NCBI GenBank assembly: GCA_035632695.1
Contig: DASQGG010000019.1
Span: 3,701 to 67,700 of the forward strand
DNA length: 64,000 bases
Reading direction: 5' to 3'
Origin: Thermoplasmata archaeon
Lineage (GTDB): Archaea; Thermoplasmatota; Thermoplasmata; RBG-16-68-12
Shown: positions 27,430 to 37,314 of the stretch, piece after piece
Position numbering within the stretch: the stretch's first letter is position 1
Layout: each line of letters begins with the position of its first letter
Program-made: the position numbers and the translations under genes
Notes under the pieces: model-generated
The model's input: the letters and a program-made list of their open reading frames with translations, nothing else
What the model was told of the DNA's origin: nothing
Databases searched by the model: none

Positions 27430-28299
27430 TCAGCGGGAGCTGTAGTCGTACACGCCGCGGCCTGTCTTGCGGCCGAGTCGGCCCGCTCGGACGTACTTCC
27501 GCAGCAGGGGCGAGGGCCGGAACTTGGGATCGCCCGTCTCGCGGAACAGGACTTCCATGACGTCGAGGGCGATGTCGATGCCCGTGTAGTCCATGAGCTC
27601 GAACGGCCCCATGGGCATGTTCGTGCCGAGCTTCATGGCCTTGTCGATGTCCTCCGGGCTCGCAACGCCCTCCTGGAGGAGGTTGAACGCCTCGTTCATC
27701 ATGGGGACCAGGAGGCGGTTCACGACGAAGCCGGGCGCCTCCTTGACTTCGACGGGCTCCTTGCCCAGCTTGACGCAGAGGTCCCTCGCGAGCCGCACGG
27801 TCGCGTCGCTCGTCTCGGATCCGCGGATCACCTCCACGAGCTTCATCACGGGAGCCGGATTGAAGAAGTGCATGCCCACAACGCGGTCCGCGCGCTTGGT
27901 CACATTCGCCATCTCCGTGATGCTCAGGGAGGACGTGTTCGAAGCGAAGACGACCTCCGGGGGCGCGACGCGATCCATCTCCGCGTAGATCTCTCGCTTG
28001 ACCTCCATCTTCTCGAAAACCGCTTCGATCACCACCTGCGCTCCCTTGAGCGCATCCTTCAGGTCCACGGTGCCGTGGATCTTCCCGACGAGGGCTTCGA
28101 CCTCGGCGGAGCTCATCTTGCCCTTCTCGACCCGCTTCATGAGCGGGTCGCGGATTCGGCGGAAACCCCCGTCCACGAGCTTTTGGTCGATGTCCCGCAT
28201 GGCGACCTGGAACCCGGCGGCGGCGCACGTCTGCGCGATGCCCGCACCCATAGTCCCTGCGCCGATCACCGCGATCCTCGTCACGTCCCCGATGTCCAT
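27430..28299 (-). CDS. 3-hydroxyacyl-CoA (3-hydroxybutyryl-CoA) dehydrogenase. The start is trimmed to [15 protein letters not shown].
   Basis: The product has Rossmann [14 protein letters not shown], the conserved NTSSL motif, and a C-terminal 3HCDH domain. Confidence 0.85.
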   Translation of the reverse strand: MDIGDVTRIAVIGAGTMGAGIAQTCAAAGFQVAMRDIDQKLVDGGFRRIRDPLMKRVEKGKMSSAEVEALVGKIHGTVDLKDALKGAQVVIEAVFEKMEVKREIYAEMDRVAPPEVVFASNTSSLSITEMANVTKRADRVVGMHFFNPAPVMKLVEVIRGSETSDATVRLARDLCVKLGKEPVEVKEAPGFVVNRLLVPMMNEAFNLLQEGVASPEDIDKAMKLGTNMPMGPFELMDYTGIDIALDVMEVLFRETGDPKFRPSPLLRKYVRAGRLGRKTGRGVYDYSSR

Positions 28300-28347
28300 G
28301 GTACTCCCCTCGGCGGACCGCGGTAACGCGGCCGCGGTCAAAAGCCC

Positions 28348-29340
28348 TTGGACCTGAAGGCGCAGTCGTTACATAGCGCGGCGCCTCTCCGGGCCGTCGT
28401 GGAGCAGCCCGCGCCGCCGCGGACGAGCCCCTACCTGGGCATCCTCCTCGCGGTCGTCTCCGTATCCTGGGCGTCCATCCTGATCACCTGGTCCACGTCG
28501 CCCGCGATCACGATCGCGCTGTACCGCCTCGGGTTCGCGACGCTCATCCTGGCAGGGGTCCTCCTGCTCCGGTTCCTCGTGGCCGGACGGGCGCCCCTGA
28601 GGAACCTGCCCCGCCGGGACGTCGCGATCATGGCGGGCATCGGCGCGATCCTGGCGACGCACTTCACCTTGTGGATCTCCTCCTTGAAGGTCCCGCAGGA
28701 GAGCATCGCCTCCTCCGTGGTCCTCGTGACCTCCCACCCCCTCATGGTCGGGCTCCTGTCCCACTTCCTCCTCAAGGAACGGCTGAACCGCTGGATGGCG
28801 ATCGGGATCGTCGCGGGATTCGGCGGCGTCGTCGTGATCGCCTACGCGGACTACGGGTTCTCGGGCAGCCTCCTGTACGCGGACGCCCTCGCGTTCGCGG
28901 GCGGGATCATGGCGGGATTCTACTTCCTCGCGGGCCGCCGGCTGCGGCAACGGGTCGCCCTCCTGGACTACGCGTTCGTGGTGTACGCCTGCGCCACGGC
29001 CGTCCTCTTCGTGTACGCCGTCCTCTTGCGGGAGAGCCTCACGCCCGTCGGGGGCTTGGATACGGAGCTCGTCTTGTTCCTGGCCCTCGCCGTGGTCCCT
29101 CAGATCGGAGGCCACACGTTGTACAACTGGTCCCTCCGATGGGTCCCCGCACCCGTCGTGAGCCTGAGCCTCGTCGGTGAGCCCGTCGGGTCGAGCCTGC
29201 TCGCGTGGATCATCCTGAACCAAGTGCCCAGCGTCGGCGTCGCCGTGGGTGCGTTGCTGGCCCTGCTGGGAATCTACCTCACGGTCTACGGCCAAGGGAC
29301 CGCCACGCGGGCCATCCTGGCGTCCCGAGACGTCGAGTGA
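28348..29340 (+). CDS. EamA/DMT-family transporter.
   Basis: It is a 330 aa protein of about 10 TM with duplicated EamA-like halves. Confidence 0.7.
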   Translation: MDLKAQSLHSAAPLRAVVEQPAPPRTSPYLGILLAVVSVSWASILITWSTSPAITIALYRLGFATLILAGVLLLRFLVAGRAPLRNLPRRDVAIMAGIGAILATHFTLWISSLKVPQESIASSVVLVTSHPLMVGLLSHFLLKERLNRWMAIGIVAGFGGVVVIAYADYGFSGSLLYADALAFAGGIMAGFYFLAGRRLRQRVALLDYAFVVYACATAVLFVYAVLLRESLTPVGGLDTELVLFLALAVVPQIGGHTLYNWSLRWVPAPVVSLSLVGEPVGSSLLAWIILNQVPSVGVAVGALLALLGIYLTVYGQGTATRAILASRDVE

Positions 29341-29376
29341 AGGGAGACCTCCCGTGGGGAGTCCCGGCTTCGGTTC

Positions 29377-29403
29377 ATACCTCTAAGTAGAGGTATACCT
29401 CTG
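29377..29403. terminator. Perfect 9-bp inverted repeat (ATACCTCTA-AG-TAGAGGTAT) plus a third TACCTCT copy between the convergent DMT and ligase genes. It is a candidate bidirectional terminator or protein-binding palindrome.
   Basis: Seen directly in the sequence. It is AT-richer than its surroundings and lies about 37-40 nt from both stop codons. Confidence 0.4.
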
Positions 29404-29435
29404 CAGACGCGCAACGACCGTCGCCATGGGGCCGC

Positions 29436-31046
29436 TCACAGGTCCGCGGGACCGCGCCCCTTCCGCTCGAACTGCTTCGTGTAGAGCTCCTTGAGCCGCG
29501 CGTACGTGTCCGCATCCTCCGGCCCCTTGTCGTCCCGGACGCGCACGATGCGCGCGAACCGCAGGGCGAAGCCGCTCGGGTAGTGCGGGCTCCGCTGGAT
29601 TTCGTTGTACGCAACCTCCACGACGACCTCGGGGCGGACGTGGATGCCCCAGCGCTCCTCGGAGATTGCAAGGGACTTCATGCGCTGGGTCATCAGCTCG
29701 AACTCCTCGTCCGTGAGGCCCTTGAAGGTCTTCCCGATCATCTGGAACGCGCCCGTGGCCTCGTCGCGGACGGCGAGCCAGTAGTTGGACAGCCAGCCCT
29801 CGCGGCGGCCCGAGCCCCATTCCGCGGCAATGATCGCCAGGTCGAGGTGGTCTGCGGGCTTGATCTTGAACCACTTCTTCCCGCGCTTCCCGACGGAGTA
29901 CGTCGAGCTCAGGGACTTCGCCATGAGCCCTTCGTGACCCGCTTCCATGGACTCCCGGAGGAACGCGACGATCTCATCCCGCGTCCGTGCAATCCGCCGG
30001 GGCGTGCGGACCTCGGGCGGGACGAGCGCCTCGAGCCGGGACCAGCGGTCCCGGTAGGGCGTGTCAATCAGGTCCTGGCCTTCGAGGCTGAGGAGGTCGA
30101 ACAGGTACAGCCGGAGGGGAATCTCGCGCGAGGCCTCCGCGATCCCGTGGACCCGCCGGAACCGGCGCATGAGGTCCTGGAACGGGAGGGGTTTGCCCGA
30201 CCGGTCCACCGCGACCACCTCGCCCTCCAGGAGGAACCGCGTCGACGGAAGGGAGCGGGCGAAGTCCACGATCTCCGGGAGGCTTTCCGTGACGTCCGTG
30301 AGCCGGCGGCTGAAGATTCGCACGGCGTCCCCGACCCGGTGGATCTGGATGCGGGCGCCGTCGAGCTTGAACTCGATCGCGGTCTCGCCTCCGTGCTCTC
30401 GCAGGACCTCCTCGGGGTCGTCCGCCATCTCCGCGAGCATGGGCTTCACGGGGGAGAGGAGGCGCAGGCCCGAGGACCGCAGCCCCCGCACGCCGTCCCG
30501 CAGGGCGATCTCCGCGACCCGGCCCAGGTCTCCCAGGAACATGTGGGCCGTCCGGACCGCTTCGAGGTCCACGCCCGCGGCATCCGCGATCCCTTCCAGC
30601 ATGACTCCTTCGTTCACCCCGATCCGCATCTCGCCGAAGACGATTCGGAGGAGGATGTCGCGATCCGCGGAGGAGACGCGGCCCAGGAGGGATTCCAAGA
30701 GCCGTCGGCGTTCCCGGACGGAATCGGGCCCGTGCGCGGCCGCAATCTCCGCGAACGCCCGGGACACGTCCGCGATCGACAGCGGTTCGGCGAGCAGGGT
30801 GGTCTGGCGCCGGCCCTCGAGGGCGCGACGCAACGTCGCCCAGCCGACGTTCAGGGCGCGTTCGTCGGATTCCGCGAAGATGCGTCCCACGACGAGGTGG
30901 ACCGCGGGTGCGACCTCCTCGGGTCGCAGGGAGCGCAGGAACCCCGCGAGCAACGCGCGTTTCTCGAGGCGCTTCGACGTGGACTCGAGGGCTCGCGCGA
31001 GGTGCGCCAGGGAGGCGAACGGGGTCTCGGATCGTGGGGGCGTCAC
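29436..31046 (-). CDS. lig: ATP-dependent DNA ligase. A GTG start overlaps the stop of the upstream DMT gene (GTGA); the ORF track's Arg-rich N-terminal extension is discarded.
   Basis: The product has the adenylation motif I (EFKLDGARIQIH), motifs III-V (LEGEVV, GLMAK) and KxxG (WFKIKP). It is about 536 aa, typical of archaeal Lig. Confidence 0.9.
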   Translation of the reverse strand: MTPPRSETPFASLAHLARALESTSKRLEKRALLAGFLRSLRPEEVAPAVHLVVGRIFAESDERALNVGWATLRRALEGRRQTTLLAEPLSIADVSRAFAEIAAAHGPDSVRERRRLLESLLGRVSSADRDILLRIVFGEMRIGVNEGVMLEGIADAAGVDLEAVRTAHMFLGDLGRVAEIALRDGVRGLRSSGLRLLSPVKPMLAEMADDPEEVLREHGGETAIEFKLDGARIQIHRVGDAVRIFSRRLTDVTESLPEIVDFARSLPSTRFLLEGEVVAVDRSGKPLPFQDLMRRFRRVHGIAEASREIPLRLYLFDLLSLEGQDLIDTPYRDRWSRLEALVPPEVRTPRRIARTRDEIVAFLRESMEAGHEGLMAKSLSSTYSVGKRGKKWFKIKPADHLDLAIIAAEWGSGRREGWLSNYWLAVRDEATGAFQMIGKTFKGLTDEEFELMTQRMKSLAISEERWGIHVRPEVVVEVAYNEIQRSPHYPSGFALRFARIVRVRDDKGPEDADTYARLKELYTKQFERKGRGPADL

Positions 31047-31990
31047 AGCAGCTTCGGACCATCCGAGCCCGCAGGTTTCAACGTTTCGCCGACGGGGGCG
31101 GACCGTTCCGCGGCCCCGCCGAACACGTACAGGGCGATCGTGGAGAGGACCATGAGGGCGCCTCCCGCGAGCTGTGTCGGGCTCAGGGTCTGGTTCGGGA
31201 AGAGGATGAGGGAGATCAGCACGCCCCACAACGAGGAGGTAGAGAGGATGGAGCCCGCGCGCATCGCGCCAATCCGCCGGAGCGCGTGGTAGAACAGGAT
31301 CGTGAAGCTCGCGACGCCGCCGAACGCGATGACTAGGAGGAGCCAGGCGTCGGGCCCGGATGGAACCAGGGGCGCGCCCCTGACGACCAGGATCGGGAGC
31401 AGAAGCGCGGAGCCCAGGAGGAGTTTCACGGAAATCATGGGCAGGATGCGCGACCGCTTGCTCAGGATCGTGCTCCCGTTGTTGTCCACGGCCCAGAAGA
31501 AGGTGCCCAGGATGAGGAGGAGGTTCCCGCCGAGGTACTGGACCGAGGCGAGGTCCGTGAGGCGGAGCTCCGTGGTCACGATGAACGCGCCCAGCACGAC
31601 GCCTGCCATGGCGAGGTAGCCGCGGGGCGTGAGACGCTCGCCCAGGAACGCGAAGGCGATCACGACGGTGAACACTGCCTCCGAGTTCGAGAGGAGCGCG
31701 GCATTCGACGCCGTGGTGCCGACGAGGCCGTAGTAGTAGATGACCGGGGCCGCGACGGCTCCGGAAACGCTGATGAGCAGGAGGAGGCGCACGTCCCCGC
31801 GCGGGAAGCCGTGGCGTGCGACCGCGGGAACGTACAGGAGCCCCGGGAGGAACTGCGTGTAGAGCGCAATGGTCAAGGGGGGGACGCTGGCTTCCGCGAG
31901 CTTCGAGAGGTTCGCCCAGAGACCGTAGAGGACCGCGGCGACGGAAACCGCAAGGTAGCCGACGACGCGTGCGTCGGCTCGGATGGGCAC
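31043..31990 (-). CDS. EamA/DMT-family transporter (second).
   Basis: It is a 315 aa polytopic membrane protein. It is translationally coupled to the ligase gene. Confidence 0.7.
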   Translation of the reverse strand: MPIRADARVVGYLAVSVAAVLYGLWANLSKLAEASVPPLTIALYTQFLPGLLYVPAVARHGFPRGDVRLLLLISVSGAVAAPVIYYYGLVGTTASNAALLSNSEAVFTVVIAFAFLGERLTPRGYLAMAGVVLGAFIVTTELRLTDLASVQYLGGNLLLILGTFFWAVDNNGSTILSKRSRILPMISVKLLLGSALLLPILVVRGAPLVPSGPDAWLLLVIAFGGVASFTILFYHALRRIGAMRAGSILSTSSLWGVLISLILFPNQTLSPTQLAGGALMVLSTIALYVFGGAAERSAPVGETLKPAGSDGPKLL

Positions 31991-32057
31991 CCGGGACTGT
32001 ACGCACGCCCACGATTTAGAGATGGCGACTGCGATACTCTTAAGACCGCGTTAGCCG

Positions 32058-33170
32058 ATGCTTTCAAACCAGCTCTACGGAAGGAGGAAAATCCCCGTGG
32101 GAGAACCCGTGCGCGTGCTCCGAGAGGACGGCTCCGTCGACCCCGCGGTCGACCCGCACCTGTCGCGCTCGGACGCCGAGCGGCTGTACCGCGGGATGAT
32201 GCTCGAGCGGATCCTCGACAACCGGATGCTCGCCTTGCAACGCCAAGGACGGATCGGGTTTTACGGTCCCTCGATCGGCCAGGAGGCCGCCATCGTCGGG
32301 GCCGCGATGGCCATGGAAGCCAACGACTGGATCGTGCCCCAGTACCGCGAGCCGGGGGCGGCGCTCGCCCGCGGCATGCCGCTGAAGGAGCTCATCTGTC
32401 AGTTCATGACGAACAGCGGCGACCCGGCCAAAGGCCGCCAGATGCCCTGCCACTACGTGTACCGCAAGGGGAACTTCCTCTCGATCTCCTCGCCCGTGGG
32501 GACCCAGATCCCGCACGCCGTCGGAATCGGGTGGGCCATGAAGCTCCGGAAGGCCCGCGATGCGGTCCTCGTGTACTTCGGCGACGGCGCGACGAGCACC
32601 CCGGACTTCCACGTGTCCATGAACTTCGCGGGCGTGTTCGGCGTGCCCTGCGTGTTCCTCTGCAACAACAACCAGTGGGCGATTTCCCTCCCCGTATCCC
32701 GGCAGACGGCGACGGCCACGCTCGCGGAGAAGGCCCAAGCCTACGGCCTGCCGAGCCGGCGCGTGGACGGCATGGACGCGCTCGCCGTGTACGGCGCCAC
32801 GCGGACCGCGGCGATCGCCGCGCGCGAAGGTCGAGGACCCACTCTCATCGAGTCGCTCAGCTACCGGTTCGGGCCGCACTCCTCGAGCGACGACCCCGCC
32901 CGATATCGGGACGAGAAGGAGGCCGCCGTATGGCAGGCGCGGGATCCCCTCGTCCGGTTCCGCGCGTACCTGGAGGCGCAGGGCGGCTGGAACGACGACC
33001 GCGAGGCCGCATTGGAGAAGGCGATCGGCGACGAGATCACGCAAGCCGTTGCGGAGGCGGAGGCCATGCCTCCCGTCCCCGTCGAGTCGTTCTTCACGGA
33101 GGTCACCCAGGACGTGCCCTGGAACCTGCAGGAGGACCTCGCCGAGGCGAGATCCGTGCCGAGGGGATGA
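32058..33170 (+). CDS. 2-oxoacid dehydrogenase E1 component alpha subunit (pyruvate/branched-chain 2-oxoacid dehydrogenase type).
   Basis: The product has the TPP-binding motif (YFGDGATS...NFAG) and conserved LQRQGRIGFY and YRFGPHSSSDDP. Confidence 0.88.
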   Translation: MLSNQLYGRRKIPVGEPVRVLREDGSVDPAVDPHLSRSDAERLYRGMMLERILDNRMLALQRQGRIGFYGPSIGQEAAIVGAAMAMEANDWIVPQYREPGAALARGMPLKELICQFMTNSGDPAKGRQMPCHYVYRKGNFLSISSPVGTQIPHAVGIGWAMKLRKARDAVLVYFGDGATSTPDFHVSMNFAGVFGVPCVFLCNNNQWAISLPVSRQTATATLAEKAQAYGLPSRRVDGMDALAVYGATRTAAIAAREGRGPTLIESLSYRFGPHSSSDDPARYRDEKEAAVWQARDPLVRFRAYLEAQGGWNDDREAALEKAIGDEITQAVAEAEAMPPVPVESFFTEVTQDVPWNLQEDLAEARSVPRG

Positions 33171-33318
33171 GACCGCGGTCAAGAAAGGGAGCGCCGCACC
33201 GTCATCGCCGCCGCCGAGTGGCGGCAGCGCGGTCGCGCGCGCCCACGAACTCTTCAAGCAGGGCCGGACGTCGGAGGCCCTCGCCCTGGTCCGACCGCTT
33301 GTCCAACGGAAGGACGCC

Positions 33319-33756
33319 GTGGACCCGGAGGCCGCGGCTCTGGCCGCCGCCTGCCTGGGCTCCGAGGGCAAGCACCTGGAGGCCGCGCGGATTGATCAGA
33401 TGCTCTGCGACGCGAACCCCTCCAACCCGCAGGGCTGGAACAGCCTCGGCTTCGATCTCCTGAACGCTGGGGACCTCGAGGGCGCCCTGGGGGCGTACGG
33501 CCGTGCCCTCGAGCTGGAGCCCGGGCGCGCGAGCGCGCACTACAACGTCGCGCGGATTGCGGCGAGAATGGGGAACAAACCTAAGGCCATCGAGCATTTC
33601 GTGAAGGCCGTGGAACTCCAGTCGGACTACGTGGACCGGTTGGACGAGGACCCGGACCTGCGACCCCTGAAAGACGACCCGCAACTCCAGGACCGCCTCC
33701 CGGGCCAAGCCCCGAGCCAGGATCCCTACGCGGAATACTACGCAACGGAGTCGTGA
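33319..33756 (+). CDS. Small TPR-repeat protein inserted between the E1 alpha and E1 beta genes. The start is uncertain (GTG 33319 or ATG 33400).
   Basis: TPR-like helices are present (GWNSLGFDLLNAGDLEGALGAYGRALELEPGRASAHYNVARIAARMGNKPKAIEHFVKAVEL). There is no ATG in frame downstream of the E1 alpha stop before 33400. Confidence 0.35.
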   Translation: MDPEAAALAAACLGSEGKHLEAARIDQMLCDANPSNPQGWNSLGFDLLNAGDLEGALGAYGRALELEPGRASAHYNVARIAARMGNKPKAIEHFVKAVELQSDYVDRLDEDPDLRPLKDDPQLQDRLPGQAPSQDPYAEYYATES

Positions 33757-33762
33757 GCGCAT

Positions 33763-34734
33763 ATGCCGCCGATGACCATGGTGCAGGCCATCAACAACGC
33801 TCTCCGGGAGGAGATGCGCCGCGACGACCGCGTGATCGTCCTGGGGGAGGATGTGGGCAAGAACGGCGGCGTCTTTCGGTGCACGGAAGGCTTGATCGAC
33901 GAGTTCCCCGACCGCGTGTTCGACACGCCGCTCGCGGAGAGCGGGATCATCGGGAGCGCGATCGGGATGGCCCTGTACGGCCTGCGCCCGGTGCCGGAGA
34001 TCCAGTTCATGGACTTCATCTATCCCGCCTTCGACCAGATCGTCTCGGAGGCCGCGAAGATGCGGTACCGGAGCGGCGGACAGTACACGGTCCCCATGAC
34101 GATCCGCACGCCGTACGGCGGCGGGATCCGCGGCGGACACTACCACTCCCAGTCCAGCGAGGCCTACTTCTGCCACACCCCCGGGATCAAGGTCGTCGTG
34201 CCCTCGACCCCGGGCGACGCGAAAGGCCTCCTGACGTCGTCCATCCGCGACCCGGACCCCGTGCTGTTCTTGGAGCCCAAGAAGCTCTACCGCGCGTTCC
34301 GCGAGGACGTTCCGGAGGGCGAGCACACGGTCCCTCTGGGCAAGGCGCTCGTACGCCGCCCGGGCAAGGATGTGTCCTTGTTCGCTTGGGGCTACATGAC
34401 CCAGGTGTGTCTGGACGCGGCCCAAAAGGCCGCGGAGAAGGGCGTCGACGCCGAAGTCGTCGATCTCCGCACCCTGGTCCCCCTGGAACTGGACGCCATC
34501 CTCGCCTCCGTGAAGAAGACGGGGCGCGCGGTGGTCGTGTACGAGGCGCCGCGGACGGGCGGATATGGGGGCGAGATCAGCGCCCTCCTCGCGGAGCGGG
34601 CCATCGAGTACCTCCGCGGGCCCATTGTGCGTGTCGCCGGTTTCGACACCCCGTTCCCGTACGCCCTCGAGGACGTTTACATGCCGAACCCGGACCGCGT
34701 GCTCGCCGGGATCGACAGGGTCATGGCGTTCTAG
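33763..34734 (+). CDS. 2-oxoacid dehydrogenase E1 component beta subunit.
   Basis: A transketolase-like pyrimidine-binding domain is present (VIVLGEDVGKNGGVFRCTEGL, PLAESGIIGSAIGMALYGLRPV), with a C-terminal TK domain. Confidence 0.88.
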   Translation: MPPMTMVQAINNALREEMRRDDRVIVLGEDVGKNGGVFRCTEGLIDEFPDRVFDTPLAESGIIGSAIGMALYGLRPVPEIQFMDFIYPAFDQIVSEAAKMRYRSGGQYTVPMTIRTPYGGGIRGGHYHSQSSEAYFCHTPGIKVVVPSTPGDAKGLLTSSIRDPDPVLFLEPKKLYRAFREDVPEGEHTVPLGKALVRRPGKDVSLFAWGYMTQVCLDAAQKAAEKGVDAEVVDLRTLVPLELDAILASVKKTGRAVVVYEAPRTGGYGGEISALLAERAIEYLRGPIVRVAGFDTPFPYALEDVYMPNPDRVLAGIDRVMAF

Positions 34735-34746
34735 GCGAGCCGACCG

Positions 34747-35340
34747 TCATGCGCGGGCCTTCGTCGATACGTGGGAGAGGCTCCGTGCCACGGCGGCGCG
34801 ACGCATCGCTTCCTCGCCGCCGATCCGGAATACGCACTCCGGGGCACCCGTGGCGCGACACGCTTCCTCAAACCCGCCGAGGCCCTGGCGCCCGGTGAAA
34901 CCGCACAGCAGGCCCACGAGCACCCCGCGGCTGAAGTCGCACACGGGCCGGGTCCGGTGCTCTCCGTTCGTGATGGAGGCGTACGCCTCGAAGGCCATCG
35001 GATCCTTGCACACGAGGACCGCCTTCCCTTTCGCAAAGTCGAGCTCTTGGATTTCGAACGCGCCGAATCCACCTTCCGAATACTCCCGGATCGCACGTCG
35101 GTAGCCGCGCTCGGCCGCGGCCATGACCCCGTGGGCCAGGAGCGCCGCCGCATAGTGGACGCCACCGCGGAATCCCGAGTCGTAGAAGAGGATCGCGGCC
35201 GCGTCGCCCACGACCCCCTCCACGGACGTGCGGAGGCCGTGGAACGAGGTCTCGACGTCGAGCAAGCACATCCGCATCCCCGAATCCAGTAGCTCGCCGA
35301 GCCGGCCCTCGAGACGGATGCGTGGGCGCGAGGAGGGCAT
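34747..35340 (-). CDS. V4R (4-vinyl reductase) domain protein / hydrocarbon-binding protein family. The probable leaderless start is MPSSRPRIRLEG; an alternative ATG lies at 35355.
   Basis: The C-terminus has the V4R hallmark GFEEACRATGAPECVFRI. A TATA-like AAGGGTTATCC (35363-35379, minus) is centred about 27 bp upstream of ATG 35340. Confidence 0.6.
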   Translation of the reverse strand: MPSSRPRIRLEGRLGELLDSGMRMCLLDVETSFHGLRTSVEGVVGDAAAILFYDSGFRGGVHYAAALLAHGVMAAAERGYRRAIREYSEGGFGAFEIQELDFAKGKAVLVCKDPMAFEAYASITNGEHRTRPVCDFSRGVLVGLLCGFTGRQGLGGFEEACRATGAPECVFRIGGEEAMRRAAVARSLSHVSTKARA

Positions 35341-35875
35341 GAGACCCCGACTCAAGGCATCTAGGGATAACCCTTGGCTCCAGGTTATCGGATTCGCGAA
35401 CGGTCGGAGAAAGGAGGAGCGGGCCGGGATTCTGCGGACGGCCCGCGCCCCTCAACGAGACGCCTCCGCCATCGAGCCCGAAGGACCCGAGGCGAGATCC
35501 CGGAGGTCGCTAGCGCCGAGTCGGCCTGCACAAATCACGCCCACCGGTTTGTGCCACTCCTCCACGACCCTACTCCTCCCCGGAGGGGTATCGGAACGAG
35601 GCCATAAAGGAATTCCTCCTCCCTGAGCGCGCAGGGCCGTTACGCGCGCCCAATCGGAAGGACCGTCGAGGGCACCAGGAACACCGCCACGGCCTCGACG
35701 AACTCGGGTGCCATGTACGCCAGGGTGGGCACGCCGACCAACCGCACAACGCGGACGGCTGGCCGAATGGGCTCACGGACCAACGGGGCACCTGAGCGGG
35801 GCTTCATCTCGACGTGTCATCCCGTGCGCACCCGTAGGGGCACACCCTCGAGGGCTGCGCCGAGGCTCCGCGAGC

Positions 35876-35892
35876 GAAGGGTTATTACAATC
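35876..35892 (+). promoter_or_regulatory. BRE/TATA-like element GAAGGGTTATTACAATC upstream of the E2 gene.
   Basis: It lies about 40-50 bp upstream of ATG 35931 and matches the recurrent AAGG(G)TTAT family. Confidence 0.35.
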
Positions 35893-35930
35893 GGGGAGCT
35901 TCGACGCCCCGGCACGGCAAGGCGGTGCGA

Positions 35931-37172
35931 ATGGCCCGTGAGTTCAAGCTCCCCGACATCGGAGAAGGCGTCCACGAAGGCGAAATCACGAAATGGTTCG
36001 TGAAGGAGGGCGACGCCGTCAAGGAGAACGATCCTCTCGTGGAGGTCATGACGGACAAGGTCACGGTCCAGATCCCGTCGCCGGTGACCGGCAAGGTCGC
36101 GGAACGACGCGGCAAGGAAGGGGAGATCGTCCAGGTGGGCAGCACGATCGTCGTCTTCGGCGATGCGGGCGAGCCCGCGGCGATAGGGACGGCCGGGCCG
36201 AGTCCCTCCCGCGGGCCACCGGGTCCGCCGCCATCCCCCTCGGCACCGTCTGCACCGCCCCCGGCGCGCTCCGCCGAGGTCCTCGCGGCGCCTGCGATCC
36301 GGCGTCTCGCGCGCGAACTCGGGGTCGACCTCGCCTCCGTGCGAGGCACGGGGCCCTCGGGACGCATCTCGGAAGCGGACGTGCGAGCGGCGCAGCGCGG
36401 CCCATCACCGGCCCCCACGATCACACCCGCCGGGGCCCCAGGGCCCGCGGTCTCCCTGACGCCAGGGAATCGGGAGGAACGCATCCCCATCCACGGCCTG
36501 CGCAAGCGAATCTACGACAAGATGGCGAAGTCGAACACGACCGCCGCCCACTTCACGTACGTGGAGGAAGTCGACATGAGCCACCTGGTCCAGCTCCGCG
36601 AGCGGCTCAACGAGGCGGCCGCCCACAAAGACGTCAAGCTCACGTACCTTCCGTTCGTCGTCAAGGCGTGCATCGCGGCGCTCAAGGAGCACCCGACCCT
36701 GAACGCCTCCGTGGACGACGAGCACCAGGAGATCGTCGTCAAGGGGTACTACAACGTGGGCATCGCGACGGCGACCGACGAAGGACTCACGGTCACCGTG
36801 GTCCACGATGCGGACCAGAAGGACCTGTGGGCGCTCGCCCGCGAGATCGAGCGCCTGGCGACGGCGGCGCGCGACAAGAAGCTCAGCCTCCAGGACGTCC
36901 AGGGCTCGACGTTCACGATCACATCCCTGGGCAAGGAGGGCGGGATCCTCGCGACCCCGATCATCAACTGGCCCGAGGTCGCCATCCTGGGCATCCACAG
37001 GATCGAGAAGCGACCCGTCGTGCGGGACGACCACATCGTGATCCGCGACATGATGTACGTCTCCTGCTCGTTCGACCACCGCGTGATCGACGGCCACGTG
37101 GGCGCCGCATTCGTGCAGTCCGTGCGAGGGTACCTCGAGCACCCCGCGATGCTGTTCGTGGGTCTCGGGTGA
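35931..37172 (+). CDS. Dihydrolipoamide acyltransferase (E2 component). An alternative GTG start lies at 35925.
   Basis: The product has a lipoyl domain with a lipoyl-lysine (LVEVMTDKVTVQIPSP), an Ala/Pro-rich linker, an E3-binding domain (AAPAIRRLARELGVDLASVRGTGPSGRI) and a catalytic domain with DHRVIDG. Confidence 0.85.
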   Translation: MAREFKLPDIGEGVHEGEITKWFVKEGDAVKENDPLVEVMTDKVTVQIPSPVTGKVAERRGKEGEIVQVGSTIVVFGDAGEPAAIGTAGPSPSRGPPGPPPSPSAPSAPPPARSAEVLAAPAIRRLARELGVDLASVRGTGPSGRISEADVRAAQRGPSPAPTITPAGAPGPAVSLTPGNREERIPIHGLRKRIYDKMAKSNTTAAHFTYVEEVDMSHLVQLRERLNEAAAHKDVKLTYLPFVVKACIAALKEHPTLNASVDDEHQEIVVKGYYNVGIATATDEGLTVTVVHDADQKDLWALAREIERLATAARDKKLSLQDVQGSTFTITSLGKEGGILATPIINWPEVAILGIHRIEKRPVVRDDHIVIRDMMYVSCSFDHRVIDGHVGAAFVQSVRGYLEHPAMLFVGLG

Positions 37173-37314
37173 GCCCTTCGGATCTGAGACGCCGGTCAAG
37201 GACCACTGCACAGAAGCGGCGGTCCGTGCGGGGAATGTCTACGCCCCGCGCCATGGCCCCGCCAAAGGCTAAATAACCCCCGCGCGAATGGTGCACGGGC
37301 TTAGGAGAGATGCG

